DNA of 63,947 nucleotides, filler included, from Hyphochytrium catenoides (Eukaryota > Protista > Hyphochytriomycota), in NCBI GenBank assembly GCA_900088475.1. It is 8 parts of 8 records of this genome, joined end to end, with 100 filler letters (N's around TTAATTAATTAA, not from the genome) between each part and the next. Parts side by side here need not be neighbours in the genome. Positions count along the whole stretch, not along the records: positions 1 to 21,735 come from FLMG01001659.1; 7 more parts are not named here. One strand, 5' to 3'. The notes under the pieces are model-generated. The model made no database searches, was not told the DNA's origin, and was given only the letters and a program-made list of their open reading frames with translations. Position 1 is the first letter of the stretch, and each line of letters begins with the position of its first letter. Shown one piece after another: positions 1-9,699 of this stretch. The position numbers and the translations under genes are program-made.

Positions 1-1730
1 CGATGATCCTCTTTGATCCTGGGGTCTAAGTACGCGGCACGAAGCCATGTGTCCTTAAAGTACAGATCATCAAGCTTCTTATGTAGGCCACTTCCCTCTT
101 CACGGCTTGGAGGGCTTTCAGAGTTCATCTTCTGTCGCCATTCTACCGCGTACTTCTGCACAGTCGCCAGATCGGAGAGCAGGGCCTTGGTTTGTCCTTT
201 TAGATTCCAGTACGCTGGCAGCCAGAAGACTAGGCGTTGCGGAACAGAACCAGCCGGCAGTTCCTTAAGTCGTTTTTCCTCCTTCGCCATCTTTGCAAGA
301 GCTTCATCGGCATCTTTCCTCCTGAACGGGTCATTGTGGTCTTTCAGGTATCCATTGAGTTGTTCCCAGTATTTGTGGAAGAGGAGGGTCTGCTCCCGCG
401 AGAGGTGCTTCCTTATGAAATCAAAAGCTCTCTGCATAGTTGCCATGTCTCCTTTGTGGGAGAAGCCCATTTTCTTTTCAAGCAGCGCCTGTCTGTCATT
501 GGGATTTATCCCCTGCGCTATGAGCTTTAGGGAACCGATTATGCTCGTAGCTGCTTCCTGATCCCAGAAGGGCGCCGTTTTCCCACCAGCCGGACGATTG
601 CTGGTGCGTAACTTCTCCTCCAGCCTGGCCACTCTGAGCAGGAGAATCAATGCTTCCACATACTGGACTCCGATGTGCTTCACTTCTTCAAGTGGCAGCT
701 CTTGCCAGTTTGGACCTACTTTCTGCGCCAGCAGCTCGTTGATATCGCGCAGATTAAGATCAGCACGCATCATCGTTATGAGCTTGTCTAGCTTGTTACG
801 TAGTGCGTTAGTATAATAGCGTCTGACCGGGTCCGTTGGAAGGACAAGAGTCAGATGATCCCCCACCATAAGCTTCTCATGGTTACCGTCCAGTTGTACC
901 TGAACAATTCTCGCAACCTCTTTCTCTATCTCCATTATGTCTGCTGCAGCCTTGGAAGTTGAATGGGAAGAGATCCCCTTTTGCAAGTCGGTCAGCGCCT
1001 TCTCCTGCGCCTTCAGCCGCGCTATAAGAGTCTGTGAAGCGACCGATGGTCTCTGATCCATATTTTTATAGTGCTCAAGGGTCGTCTCCTCTTGTAAGGC
1101 AGCAGCCTTGTAATGCATCTCGGTTCTGATCGCGTTATCTTTTCGTGCCTGGTGGACCTGGAGCAGATCTTGAAACTGGCCAAAGGGGAAGGTTTCTATG
1201 TCTCTAGCCGGGAAGTGAGAGTGAAAAGCTGTCTTCAGTTTGTCTATCTGGGCATGTAAAGAACGCTTTGCCTCTCGTAGACGGTACTTCTGCTGTTTTA
1301 CTCTTGCCTTCATGACTGCAGCGGAACCTCTACTACCACCACGACCACCAGGCGGACCATTCTCTAGCTCAGCTATTGTTTTGGAAATCTGGGCTAGTGA
1401 ATCTCCAGGTGTGACTCCATCTCTTCCAGTTCGCCCGGTAGACTGCTGTGGCACTTTTTTAGCATGCTGCGGGTGATGAGAGTAAGAAATCTGGCTGTAA
1501 AAAGAGGGCTCCTTTGGCCCCAAAGGCTTAGGAAGGGGAGGTTTTGGCTGGTATGACTTCCACCGTTGAAGCGAGCGCAGATGAACTTGATCAGCGTTAA
1601 TCAAAGAGTACGAATAGAAGAGGAGGCATAGTAGAAGACTAAAACGCAGAGCCTGAGGGCCCAGGCGGCGGCGCCACCCTGCCCTCCTGCAGCTTGCTGT
1701 CTTTCCCATCCTCTGCGGTATCATCATCAT
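1..1730 (-). CDS. Intronless predicted secreted/membrane-anchored helical protein of unknown function, 3'-partial (>=576 aa)
   Basis: Manual translation: ATG at 1730 (in-frame TAA just upstream), open with no stop to base 1. Begins MMMIPQRMGKTASCRRAGWRRRLGPQALRFSLLLCLLFYSYSLINADQVHLRSLQ (basic n-region, hydrophobic stretch, likely cleavage near INA-DQ), followed by a Pro-rich linker and a helical body. Absent from the ORF track because it runs off the window. Confidence 0.75.
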   Translation of the reverse strand, partial: MMMIPQRMGKTASCRRAGWRRRLGPQALRFSLLLCLLFYSYSLINADQVHLRSLQRWKSYQPKPPLPKPLGPKEPSFYSQISYSHHPQHAKKVPQQSTGRTGRDGVTPGDSLAQISKTIAELENGPPGGRGGSRGSAAVMKARVKQQKYRLREAKRSLHAQIDKLKTAFHSHFPARDIETFPFGQFQDLLQVHQARKDNAIRTEMHYKAAALQEETTLEHYKNMDQRPSVASQTLIARLKAQEKALTDLQKGISSHSTSKAAADIMEIEKEVARIVQVQLDGNHEKLMVGDHLTLVLPTDPVRRYYTNALRNKLDKLITMMRADLNLRDINELLAQKVGPNWQELPLEEVKHIGVQYVEALILLLRVARLEEKLRTSNRPAGGKTAPFWDQEAATSIIGSLKLIAQGINPNDRQALLEKKMGFSHKGDMATMQRAFDFIRKHLSREQTLLFHKYWEQLNGYLKDHNDPFRRKDADEALAKMAKEEKRLKELPAGSVPQRLVFWLPAYWNLKGQTKALLSDLATVQKYAVEWRQKMNSESPPSREEGSGLHKKLDDLYFKDTWLRAAYLDPRIKEDH

Positions 1731-2654
1731 GATTTATGCTGAGATTTGATTGCTCGGCGTTACCATCGCCAGGAGAATGTTGCAAGACTGGTAACAATGA
1801 GCTCTGCGTCTTGGCAGCAGGTCTCTCAACTGAGATTGAAAGCAAGTAATGACTTGCTTGAAACCGGAGAAGAAGATGCCGTAACGATTGAAGGACGCGC
1901 TGCCTTGCATGAGGAAGGGTCCCCTTATGCACCGGCCGTTGGATGCCTACATGCGTGAAGAGAATATCACCCTCTTCTGCGCCGACAGCTATAGCGGATT
2001 CGGCGAGTCGATAGCAGAATATGGACCGAAGGAGTAGTGCATGATATATTACTGAGAAGAAGGCAAAGAACCGAGTATACGATTCAAGGAACCTCTACCG
2101 TCTTCACTGAACGAGCTCCAAATTTTCTGGGATATATAGAATCTCCGAATACTGAAGAGGTGTTTGGAGCTGTGAAGCCTGAAGATGTCGTGGGTCCAGA
2201 GCTGGTTCCAGGCATTGGGGCTGGGAGTTTGTTGCTTCAGTTGCAGGGCAGAAGGAGAAAGGATGTCGTTCTACCAGGAAGAAACAGAAAAAGAACTTTT
2301 GGCTAGTAGTGTGAGCTAGTTCGTGGCAGCCGGGCGCCCCCTACAGCGCCGCGGTAGTTCTACACATGAACAGGAACACACTAGTCAGATGTGTTGTCTC
2401 TTCTGTTGCTAATAATCGGCTAGCAAGGGTGGGAGATATGAACGCCGCCTGCAGGCTGACAAACGACTTCAAGCTTTTCACGTGCTGCCCCATCGGAACC
2501 CACTGACAGTTCTTCTAGCTGTTCTACTGCTCCCACTCTACCTACTCCTTGGGATACCGACCTAAGATGGCTAGTTGTAGGATGCCTTGAGTTCCTAGTT
2601 TTGTCTACTGCTATAATAAGACTATTCTTACTACTAGAGGAAGTAGAAGGAGAG

Positions 2655-2872
2655 GGAAGGAGGAGAAGAGGAAGATGAAGATAATGAAAAAGAGACAAGA
2701 GGTACGAAGTGTGAACTCTTCTTCGACACGATCTCCTCCGCCACCATCATTATCGGGAATAAAGAGGAAGGAGGAGAGGAAGAAAATGAAAAAGAGACAA
2801 GAGCTACAAAGTGCTGAACTCTTCTTTAACATGCTCTCCTCCGTCACCATCATTATCGGGAAAAGGAAGAAG
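2655..2872. repeat. Degenerate tandem duplication, ~102-bp period
   Basis: ATGAAAAAGAGACAAGAG...GAACTCTTCTT...CTCCTCCG(C/T)CACCATCATTATCGGGAA starts at 2684 and 2786; several differences are at CpG positions. Confidence 0.85.
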
Positions 2873-4700
2873 ATTCATAGGTGAACTCTCGACAAGAAGG
2901 ATAGGCATGAGGAGAAGACGAGGGCGTGGCGCCGAGACCATCATCAACAAGCTCTCAACCATACACGACGCTAGAGTGGGGGCCAACTGCTGAATAGCAA
3001 TACCCTTCAGAGTCTGTAGCGCCCTCTCTTCATGGAAGACGAGAGAGGTTCAGGCATGAGGAAGAGTCAGAGTCTTTGTCAACCGAGACCAATGACCAAG
3101 CGGCCCCAAGAGCGGCACGATCACTCTGAAGCTTAACCAGCTGTTGCACACAGTCCAAGACATTATAGGGCATAGCACCACCAAAGCACTCCCAGACTAG
3201 CAGCACATACTGCAGCCTGACACGGACTCCCATACTTCCTCAACTTTGCTTTCTCCGATAGGCGACCTTGAAAGCCGGCATGGATTGCTGCGTAATAGGG
3301 AAGGTTCTGGATTGCAACTTATGCCTGGCAGACACATCAAAGGCCGACCGAGTACTGATAGGACGTTGAGAAGCCACGAACAGGAATGTCTAAGCTCTGA
3401 ATGGAACCCGGAAGAAGTTGGCAAGGTTCGCGGGAGACTTTGAGAACAGGGCTCCCGAAAGCTTTAAGAGGTAGCTTGGCCCTATCCAAACACTCGCCGG
3501 TTCTAGTGCACACTATCATCCTCCTGTCTCTTCGGTATCCATTTTAGAACTAGGGCGCCCTGAGCTGGACCTTCGAGCGGACATATATCAGCCTCCAATG
3601 CCCTGTTATCACCTTGTGAAGACGAGACCAAAAGTGGCAGCTCTCCTCTCTGTCCCTAGAGTGTTAGCAGCAGCGGTAGAGGGTCATAGAGCATCGCCAA
3701 ACACACGGAAGCAGTATGGGCTTCCCATCTCTTTGTCTGACAACGTTCATGTTTGGGTTCTTCACCAGTTGGACCCTTCTCTAGCTTCTCTGCTCGAGAT
3801 TGATCATGGTGCCTGGTGCCTTTCTTTCCCTTCCGCCGTCTCCTCCTCTTATTGCTGTGAAGATCAGTCATGATTCTTCCTGTTCTGATTATAATGAGAG
3901 TAGTGGACAGTTGAAGAGATCAAGGACTCCATACTAGCTCTTACCTCTTCTTCCCCGGAGTAGTAAATGCTTTTATATCATCATCGCGCTTAAGAAAGCA
4001 AGGAATCACATAGAACCCAAAGCAAACAGCGGATCGACTATGGTGGCTCATTAGCGCATGCTCTCATAACCAAACAAGGAAGAGGCCTCCCCCATCACTC
4101 CGAGGATTCTAACCCCAAAGAAGCGGGAGGAGAATGCAGATTCTCTTTCAAGTTATTAATAACATGTTTGAAGCGAGGCTGGTGAACAGTTTCCCCTCAG
4201 ACATCTTCGTCGTCTTCGGAAGGATCCTCTGAGTTTGACTATCCGGCTAGCCCCAGAGTCTTACACTTCCTCCCTCTTGTGGTCCCTCCTAGGGTTTGTT
4301 CCCTTATGTTGACTTCGTCCATTTTCCGCCCTAAGCTTAGACGAAGTAGGCCCTTGTTTCGCAATGGCTTTATGCTACTGCTCACTTGACGACGACGTGC
4401 TCACGGCTCATGCCAATAATCAACGCTGTACACTTGGTGTTCATCTTGCAAGCAGGGCTTCCGGAAGGGAAACGAGTGGGACATTAGGCCACAGAGCACG
4501 GAGTAAAAGGAACTGTATCAGCGGGCGGATGAAATGACACTAACTTCTGCTAGGCCAAAGAAGTACATGTTATGCATGGTCTACCCAGCTCTTCTATTCA
4601 TAACCTCAGGGCTATGTTGCCAACTGAACTGGCAATGCAATGGCTCGATAAGTGGCGGCGCTACTCTGCCGACCGACCTTCTTCCTCAATCTTCATCATC

Positions 4701-5244
4701 AGTTCGGGTTGATGATAGATTGTGGCTGCTGCTGACAGGCCGCTCGCCGCAGCTTGGCTTTGGACCAGTGGTAGTGGGAGAATTGGGCAGCCAACTGAGA
4801 GACAACCCATCTTCCAACCCATCGACATCGATGTGGCGACGAGAGACGAAAGGGAAGGTTGAGATGTGAAAGCTGTGGTTTTATTGAAGGCTCGTCGGGT
4901 GACTCCATTTTGACTTGCCCGTTTCTCATAAGTTACAAGCTGTCAATAAATTTGGAATACGCTCAGCTGGTTTGACTTTGTAATGTACTATACGGAGTGA
5001 GTGTAAGCCCGCAGCCATTCTTTACAAGGCTTTACATCAAAATATCGTGACAAATATCTGTAAAGATACAGGATCAGAACCCCAAACGATTTTGTTGGAT
5101 CTGTCACCACCGCAGAGCTCAGCAAGCAGTGCCTTCTGATGCTGCTGCTGAGGAGTTGCTGCTGATTGATGGCGATGTAGTTCCGGTTGATGATAGATTG
5201 TGGCTGCTCCTGACAAGCCGCTCGCCGCAGCTTGGCCCTGGACC
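4701..5244. repeat. Dispersed 66-bp direct repeat pair (4701-4766 and 5179-5244)
   Basis: AGTTC(G/C)GGTTGATGATAGATTGTGGCTGCT...CCGCTCGCCGCAGCTTGG...GGACC, 61/66 identical by eye. Confidence 0.9.
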
Positions 5245-5775
5245 GACAGAGCTGTGGGATACTATCTCAGAGCAGACTTGCGTCTTGGCGACGAGGAGGA
5301 GCCCATCATCGTCCCATCAGCTGAGTGAGGTATAGACTTGTACTCCGTATTTGGCACTACTCGTGCTCCGTCACAAGCTAGACTTCTCCAGGCTCTAGTC
5401 CATCCTCTGCAGTTCACGCATAAGCCTAGACAGTAGCGAAGAACCTTTTTTTCTGTATGACTAGATCTGCTTCTCATCAACAAGCACGTGCTTGACTACT
5501 GATGTCATCATTCTTTATTACTATCCACTAAGAGTACGGAGCATAGCCAACATCACCTCGATGGCGACGAGGAGCTAATTTGCTTCTTTGTTTTTCCTAG
5601 GTCTACCTCATAGAAACGACCCTTCTGAAGATAGTCCATTATCCCCCATTCCTTTGACTGCTGGGGGAGGCGGATCTGTTCCTAGCTTCATCGTTCTTTG
5701 GGAATCTCACTGGCGGACTCACTCTTATACCCTGCTGTGCTTGAGAGGAAGAAGTCATCCCTTCCTGTTGTCGCA

Positions 5776-8700
5776 ATGTTGGACGGGTGCGGCGAGGTCT
5801 CCAATGACTTCTGTTTGGATCTCTTAGAGGCAGTCTGGAGTGCTTCTGATGGAGTGGACCATCAGTGTGGCCAAGAGTGCACTAACGGCAGGACCTTTGC
5901 TGCCGGCGGGAAAATTGATTGTCACGACTCTCCATTGCCTCATCATAATAGTTCTTGTCAAGAAGCCACCACTGCTCCCCGCTTACCGGCAGATGGTCAG
6001 AAGACTCCGTTCTTGTCTGCGGTAGTCGTTGAGGGCATGGGAGAGCTTCCCCTGCCGCTCACCGCGCAGGACGCAATCAAGCTCCGTGCTGTCTGTGAGC
6101 AAGCTCCTTATGGGCATGGGATGGCCACCGTTGTGGACACCTCTGTACGCAGAGCGTGGCAGTTAGATGCAAAAAAGATATCTTTTCCCATGAATACTGA
6201 CTTGCGAGGGGGAAATCAAGGCCATGATCCTACGACGAAGGGACAGGAACAATCAAAGGAGATGCAGACAAACTCCTTTCTCTCTGGTTCAGTGCAGCAG
6301 CTGGCCCTGCGCGCTGTGGCTGCCATGGGACTTGACGGCTCGGCATTACAGGTGGAGGCGCGCCTGTACAAGCTTCTTCTGTACGAGTCAGACGGCCACT
6401 TCAAGGCTCACAGAGATACGGAAAAAGAGGAAGGAATGTTTGGCACTCTGGTCATTCAGCTGCCGACAGAAACAGGCTACGAGGGCGGTGCGCTTGTGGT
6501 GCGTCATCGAGGCGTTAACAAGACCTTTGACTTCTCCTCCTCAGGCCAGAAGGATTACTTCTTTACGGCTTTCTTCGCAGATTGTGAGCACGAACTCCAG
6601 CGAGTGACCAGGGGCTACCGTCTATGTCTTGTTTTCAACCTAGTCCGTCAGAATAAGGAGATCGCCATCAACCCTGGGGACTTGCGAGGCCTCAGTGAAG
6701 CAGTGGCAAGGACAGAAGTGCTTCTAAGGCCATGGTGTAAGGCCATACAAGCTGAAGAGTTAGGTGCCTCAACCAAGGGTGAAAGCGGATTCAAAGAGGA
6801 AGACAGGACAAGAAAACAGCCCGCAGCAGAAGCTTCTGGAGAAAATGGGGAAAGAGAAAACGGAGGTAAGGCTTTGGCGGATGGAGGATCGGTGGGTGAG
6901 GAGAAAGAGGAAGAAGGAGACGAAGAAGAAGAAGACGAGGAGGAAGAACTGTTCTTCCCTGAGAAGCTTGCCATTCCTCTTCGCCACAAGTATACCAAGA
7001 AGAATCTCTCCTTCGCCGGTCTCAAAGGAGAAGATAGGGTGCTTGCGGAGGTTCTGAGAAGCTGTAGAGACCAAACAGGGCAGCCCTGGCTCGACCTTCA
7101 CCTCTGTATAGTGACGAAGCAGGTGTATGGGATGCCTGATGGCTATGATCACTATGAGGACTATCGAGGCCGGCGTGGTATATGGAACCGATGGGGAAGC
7201 TACTCCTATTCTGATGATGATGAAGAAGAGGACGAAGATGACGATGAAAGCGAAAGAAGGCGTGAACTGGAAGAAGAAAACGGCCGAAGGAGCCTTAGCG
7301 GGTACGATATGCTGGAGATCCACGATACCGAGTTTGACAATGGTTGCTGGGTAGGGCTAGATGACAAGGATCTCGGCTTCGTGGTTCCAATTGATCTTGA
7401 CAAGGAAATTGTCTATGATAGAGAAGAGAACAGTGAACCGTTTGATATAGATGCGGGCCCGGATGAAGACGAAGTTGAAGGCTACACAGGGAATGCAGGC
7501 CCGACCCTGACTTACTGGTATCACACGGCTCTCCTCGTCATTTGGCCGAGATGCAGACGGATTGAGATTGCTTGCGACGCCAATTTTGAGGGTGCTCTTT
7601 CCCTTGTAGAGAAATTGGAGAGCCATAAGCAAAATGCAGAGGCGAGAGTTGCTCTGCGGAAGGTCCTGGCCTTCATGGAGCGGGGACGAAACAGAAAGGA
7701 CAGAAGAGAAGGAGCGCCTTGGGGAAAACATCACACACCAATCTACATGAGACTCCTGCAAGGCAACCGAAACAAGGTCTCTGTGGGGGCTGCTCGGCTT
7801 CTGAGGCTCGCGGTGCAGCTAGAAATGTTGTTGGAGGCTCTGCAGGTGCTGAAGATGTTAGGCGCGTTGGCACAGCAAACTCCTACTGCGCATGCTCAAT
7901 CATTCTCCTATAGCCGATCCAACGATTATGCCGTAAGCACGGCGGAGGCAGATGCCGTCGCGCTTGTTGTACGCAAATTTGGCTGGAAAGTTTGCTCACA
8001 GCTTGTTCTTAGTCTTCTGGTACCTCAGCGGTTCACTTCCGATGGTTCTTCCTACGCACATCTGGCCAGAAGGCTGCAGAGCTTAGGAGAGATTGAAGCT
8101 GCGGAGGCTGTGGGCAAGAGAACGTTATTCCTTTTCTTCTCTTCAAAAAGCGCTTCGTCTAGGGGTGCACTCTGCGCTATCATCCATATGATGCTTTCGT
8201 TGCCTAGCTGCTTGCAGGAATACTCGGAGAGGCTTAAGAGCAGCCTTCGAGGACTTAACAGCTCAACGCTGGCGGAGATTATTCTCCATCTTCACAAAGC
8301 AAGATTCCCTAGCAGAGGAGACGGAAGTGACAACTCTGCGAGTCTCCTTTTGCCAGCTCCATCCTGCTCGCAAGTTCCTGGAGGGTCGCCTGAATCTGCT
8401 TGTTCTCCCTGTGGACCTGAACAACAAGCCAAGGCCATTTCTGTGAAGGATGAGCCCTTGATGTTAGAGGTTTTTACTGCTGCCTGTCGCATGTTGACGG
8501 GGAAGGAATTGCAGTCATCGCGACAACTTTCAGCATCTCAGCCCTCATACTCTCATTCCTACTCCTTCTACTCTACATCCAGCAAGGCCCCTCCACCCCT
8601 GCCCATCATCCCACTGCTTGAGACCTTCTTATGGCTTGGAAACGCTGACATCTTCTCGTCAATGTGTGAGGCTGTAAGGCAGCAGTACCGTCAAAGTGGC

Positions 8701-9699
8701 AACAAAACGTTGCTGGAGAAGCTCTACAATGCCTCTGTGCTGTTTGATCAAGTGAGCAAACCAGAGAACATAGCTTTCATGGCTCCCTTCCGCTCTTTAT
8801 TGAGTGAAAGGATTGACGAGCTGCGACGCCGTTCTCGCCCTGCCTTCTCTTGGTGTCAACCAGCAGCATTGGTTCCCGGTCATCCACAGTTGGAAGCCTT
8901 TCTCCGAGGCCCTGGAGAGAGTTTCACCTATCACGTCGCTCACGGTGGTCTGCCAGGAGCCCGAAAGTTGGCTTCAAACTTCGTGGGCAGGGTGAAAGAT
9001 GGTCACAGCGCCACGGCTTTGCCGGGAGGGAGAGGGAAGGATGCGTATGTGACCGTAAAGAAGACCAAGGCAGTCTTCCAGGCACTCGTTCAGAACTGGG
9101 AAAGAGAGCAGTCTGAGTTAAAGGAGCTGCTAGCAAAGAGACTCACTCTGGGCCGTTCCCCTGAGAAAGAAGAAGAAGACGACGCCAAGCATCAGGAGCA
9201 GCAACAGATCGCTCCAGCCGCGCAGAAGATTCAGCTTGCGGATCTCAATGCTACAGGGGCAGGCAATCAAGTGAAGAAAATAAAAGCGGAAGATCCTCCT
9301 AAAGGCGAAGAAGGGAAGATATGCATGGCAGGTCCTTTGAGCGCGATCAGCTACGCCAGAAGAAGCGTGCCACTGTCTACCGTCCCCGCCGCACAGCAGC
9401 CGCAGCATGGTGTGAGGGCAGAGAAGAACCAGATACCAGGTAGTTTACCTCATAATTCTCTCAAGGCCGCAGTAAAGAGCGTTTCCAAAGAGTCGGCGGA
9501 ATTACCTCGCGCTCCAGAAGATGGCGGACGCACAGTGCAAAGTACCTCTTCTCTACCTGCTGCCGTTTCCTCTTCCTCGTCAGCTACTCATTTAAAGCAA
9601 CGAGAGGTGGAGCAGGAGCAGAGCCCTCCGACAAAGAAGCAAAGAAGTGAAGCTCCTAGAGGGCCTCCGATGGTTGTCGACCTAACGCTGGATGATTAG
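5776..9699 (+). CDS. Large 2OG-Fe(II) oxygenase superfamily protein (2OG-FeII_Oxy_3/P4H-like domain, acidic tracts, long helical C-terminal region)
   Basis: Intronless ORF, first ATG at 5776. Family motifs EQAPYGHG...VDTSVRRAWQLD, YKLLLYESDGHFKAHRDTEK (HxD), FFADCEHELQRVTRGYRLCLVFNL (distal His and 2OG-binding Arg), EGYTGNAGPTLTYWYH. Confidence 0.9.
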   Translation: MLDGCGEVSNDFCLDLLEAVWSASDGVDHQCGQECTNGRTFAAGGKIDCHDSPLPHHNSSCQEATTAPRLPADGQKTPFLSAVVVEGMGELPLPLTAQDAIKLRAVCEQAPYGHGMATVVDTSVRRAWQLDAKKISFPMNTDLRGGNQGHDPTTKGQEQSKEMQTNSFLSGSVQQLALRAVAAMGLDGSALQVEARLYKLLLYESDGHFKAHRDTEKEEGMFGTLVIQLPTETGYEGGALVVRHRGVNKTFDFSSSGQKDYFFTAFFADCEHELQRVTRGYRLCLVFNLVRQNKEIAINPGDLRGLSEAVARTEVLLRPWCKAIQAEELGASTKGESGFKEEDRTRKQPAAEASGENGERENGGKALADGGSVGEEKEEEGDEEEEDEEEELFFPEKLAIPLRHKYTKKNLSFAGLKGEDRVLAEVLRSCRDQTGQPWLDLHLCIVTKQVYGMPDGYDHYEDYRGRRGIWNRWGSYSYSDDDEEEDEDDDESERRRELEEENGRRSLSGYDMLEIHDTEFDNGCWVGLDDKDLGFVVPIDLDKEIVYDREENSEPFDIDAGPDEDEVEGYTGNAGPTLTYWYHTALLVIWPRCRRIEIACDANFEGALSLVEKLESHKQNAEARVALRKVLAFMERGRNRKDRREGAPWGKHHTPIYMRLLQGNRNKVSVGAARLLRLAVQLEMLLEALQVLKMLGALAQQTPTAHAQSFSYSRSNDYAVSTAEADAVALVVRKFGWKVCSQLVLSLLVPQRFTSDGSSYAHLARRLQSLGEIEAAEAVGKRTLFLFFSSKSASSRGALCAIIHMMLSLPSCLQEYSERLKSSLRGLNSSTLAEIILHLHKARFPSRGDGSDNSASLLLPAPSCSQVPGGSPESACSPCGPEQQAKAISVKDEPLMLEVFTAACRMLTGKELQSSRQLSASQPSYSHSYSFYSTSSKAPPPLPIIPLLETFLWLGNADIFSSMCEAVRQQYRQSGNKTLLEKLYNASVLFDQVSKPENIAFMAPFRSLLSERIDELRRRSRPAFSWCQPAALVPGHPQLEAFLRGPGESFTYHVAHGGLPGARKLASNFVGRVKDGHSATALPGGRGKDAYVTVKKTKAVFQALVQNWEREQSELKELLAKRLTLGRSPEKEEEDDAKHQEQQQIAPAAQKIQLADLNATGAGNQVKKIKAEDPPKGEEGKICMAGPLSAISYARRSVPLSTVPAAQQPQHGVRAEKNQIPGSLPHNSLKAAVKSVSKESAELPRAPEDGGRTVQSTSSLPAAVSSSSSATHLKQREVEQEQSPPTKKQRSEAPRGPPMVVDLTLDD

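Noticed and set aside
13-1476. Plus-strand ORFs 13-561, 237-530, 598-816 and 1240-1476
   Set aside because: Antisense shadows of the long minus-strand ORF 1730-1.
1560-1585. Strict PEXEL (RxLxE/Q/D) or RxLR-dEER in the first ORF
   Set aside because: It reads RSLQR: the fifth residue is wrong for PEXEL, the fourth is wrong for RxLR, and no EER follows; only a generic RxL is claimed.
2333-2385. GC hairpin followed by CTAGT as a Helitron 3' end
   Set aside because: The stem is only ~5 bp and ~30 nt from the CTAG; no other Helitron evidence.
3246-3443. LQLMPGRH resembling LQMNPGRH at ~23460 (minus)
   Set aside because: An eight-residue similarity without convincing flanking alignment.
5698-5775. 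ORF-track TTG start of the oxygenase (and other GTG/TTG starts)
   Set aside because: Eukaryotic locus; the first in-frame ATGs were used instead.
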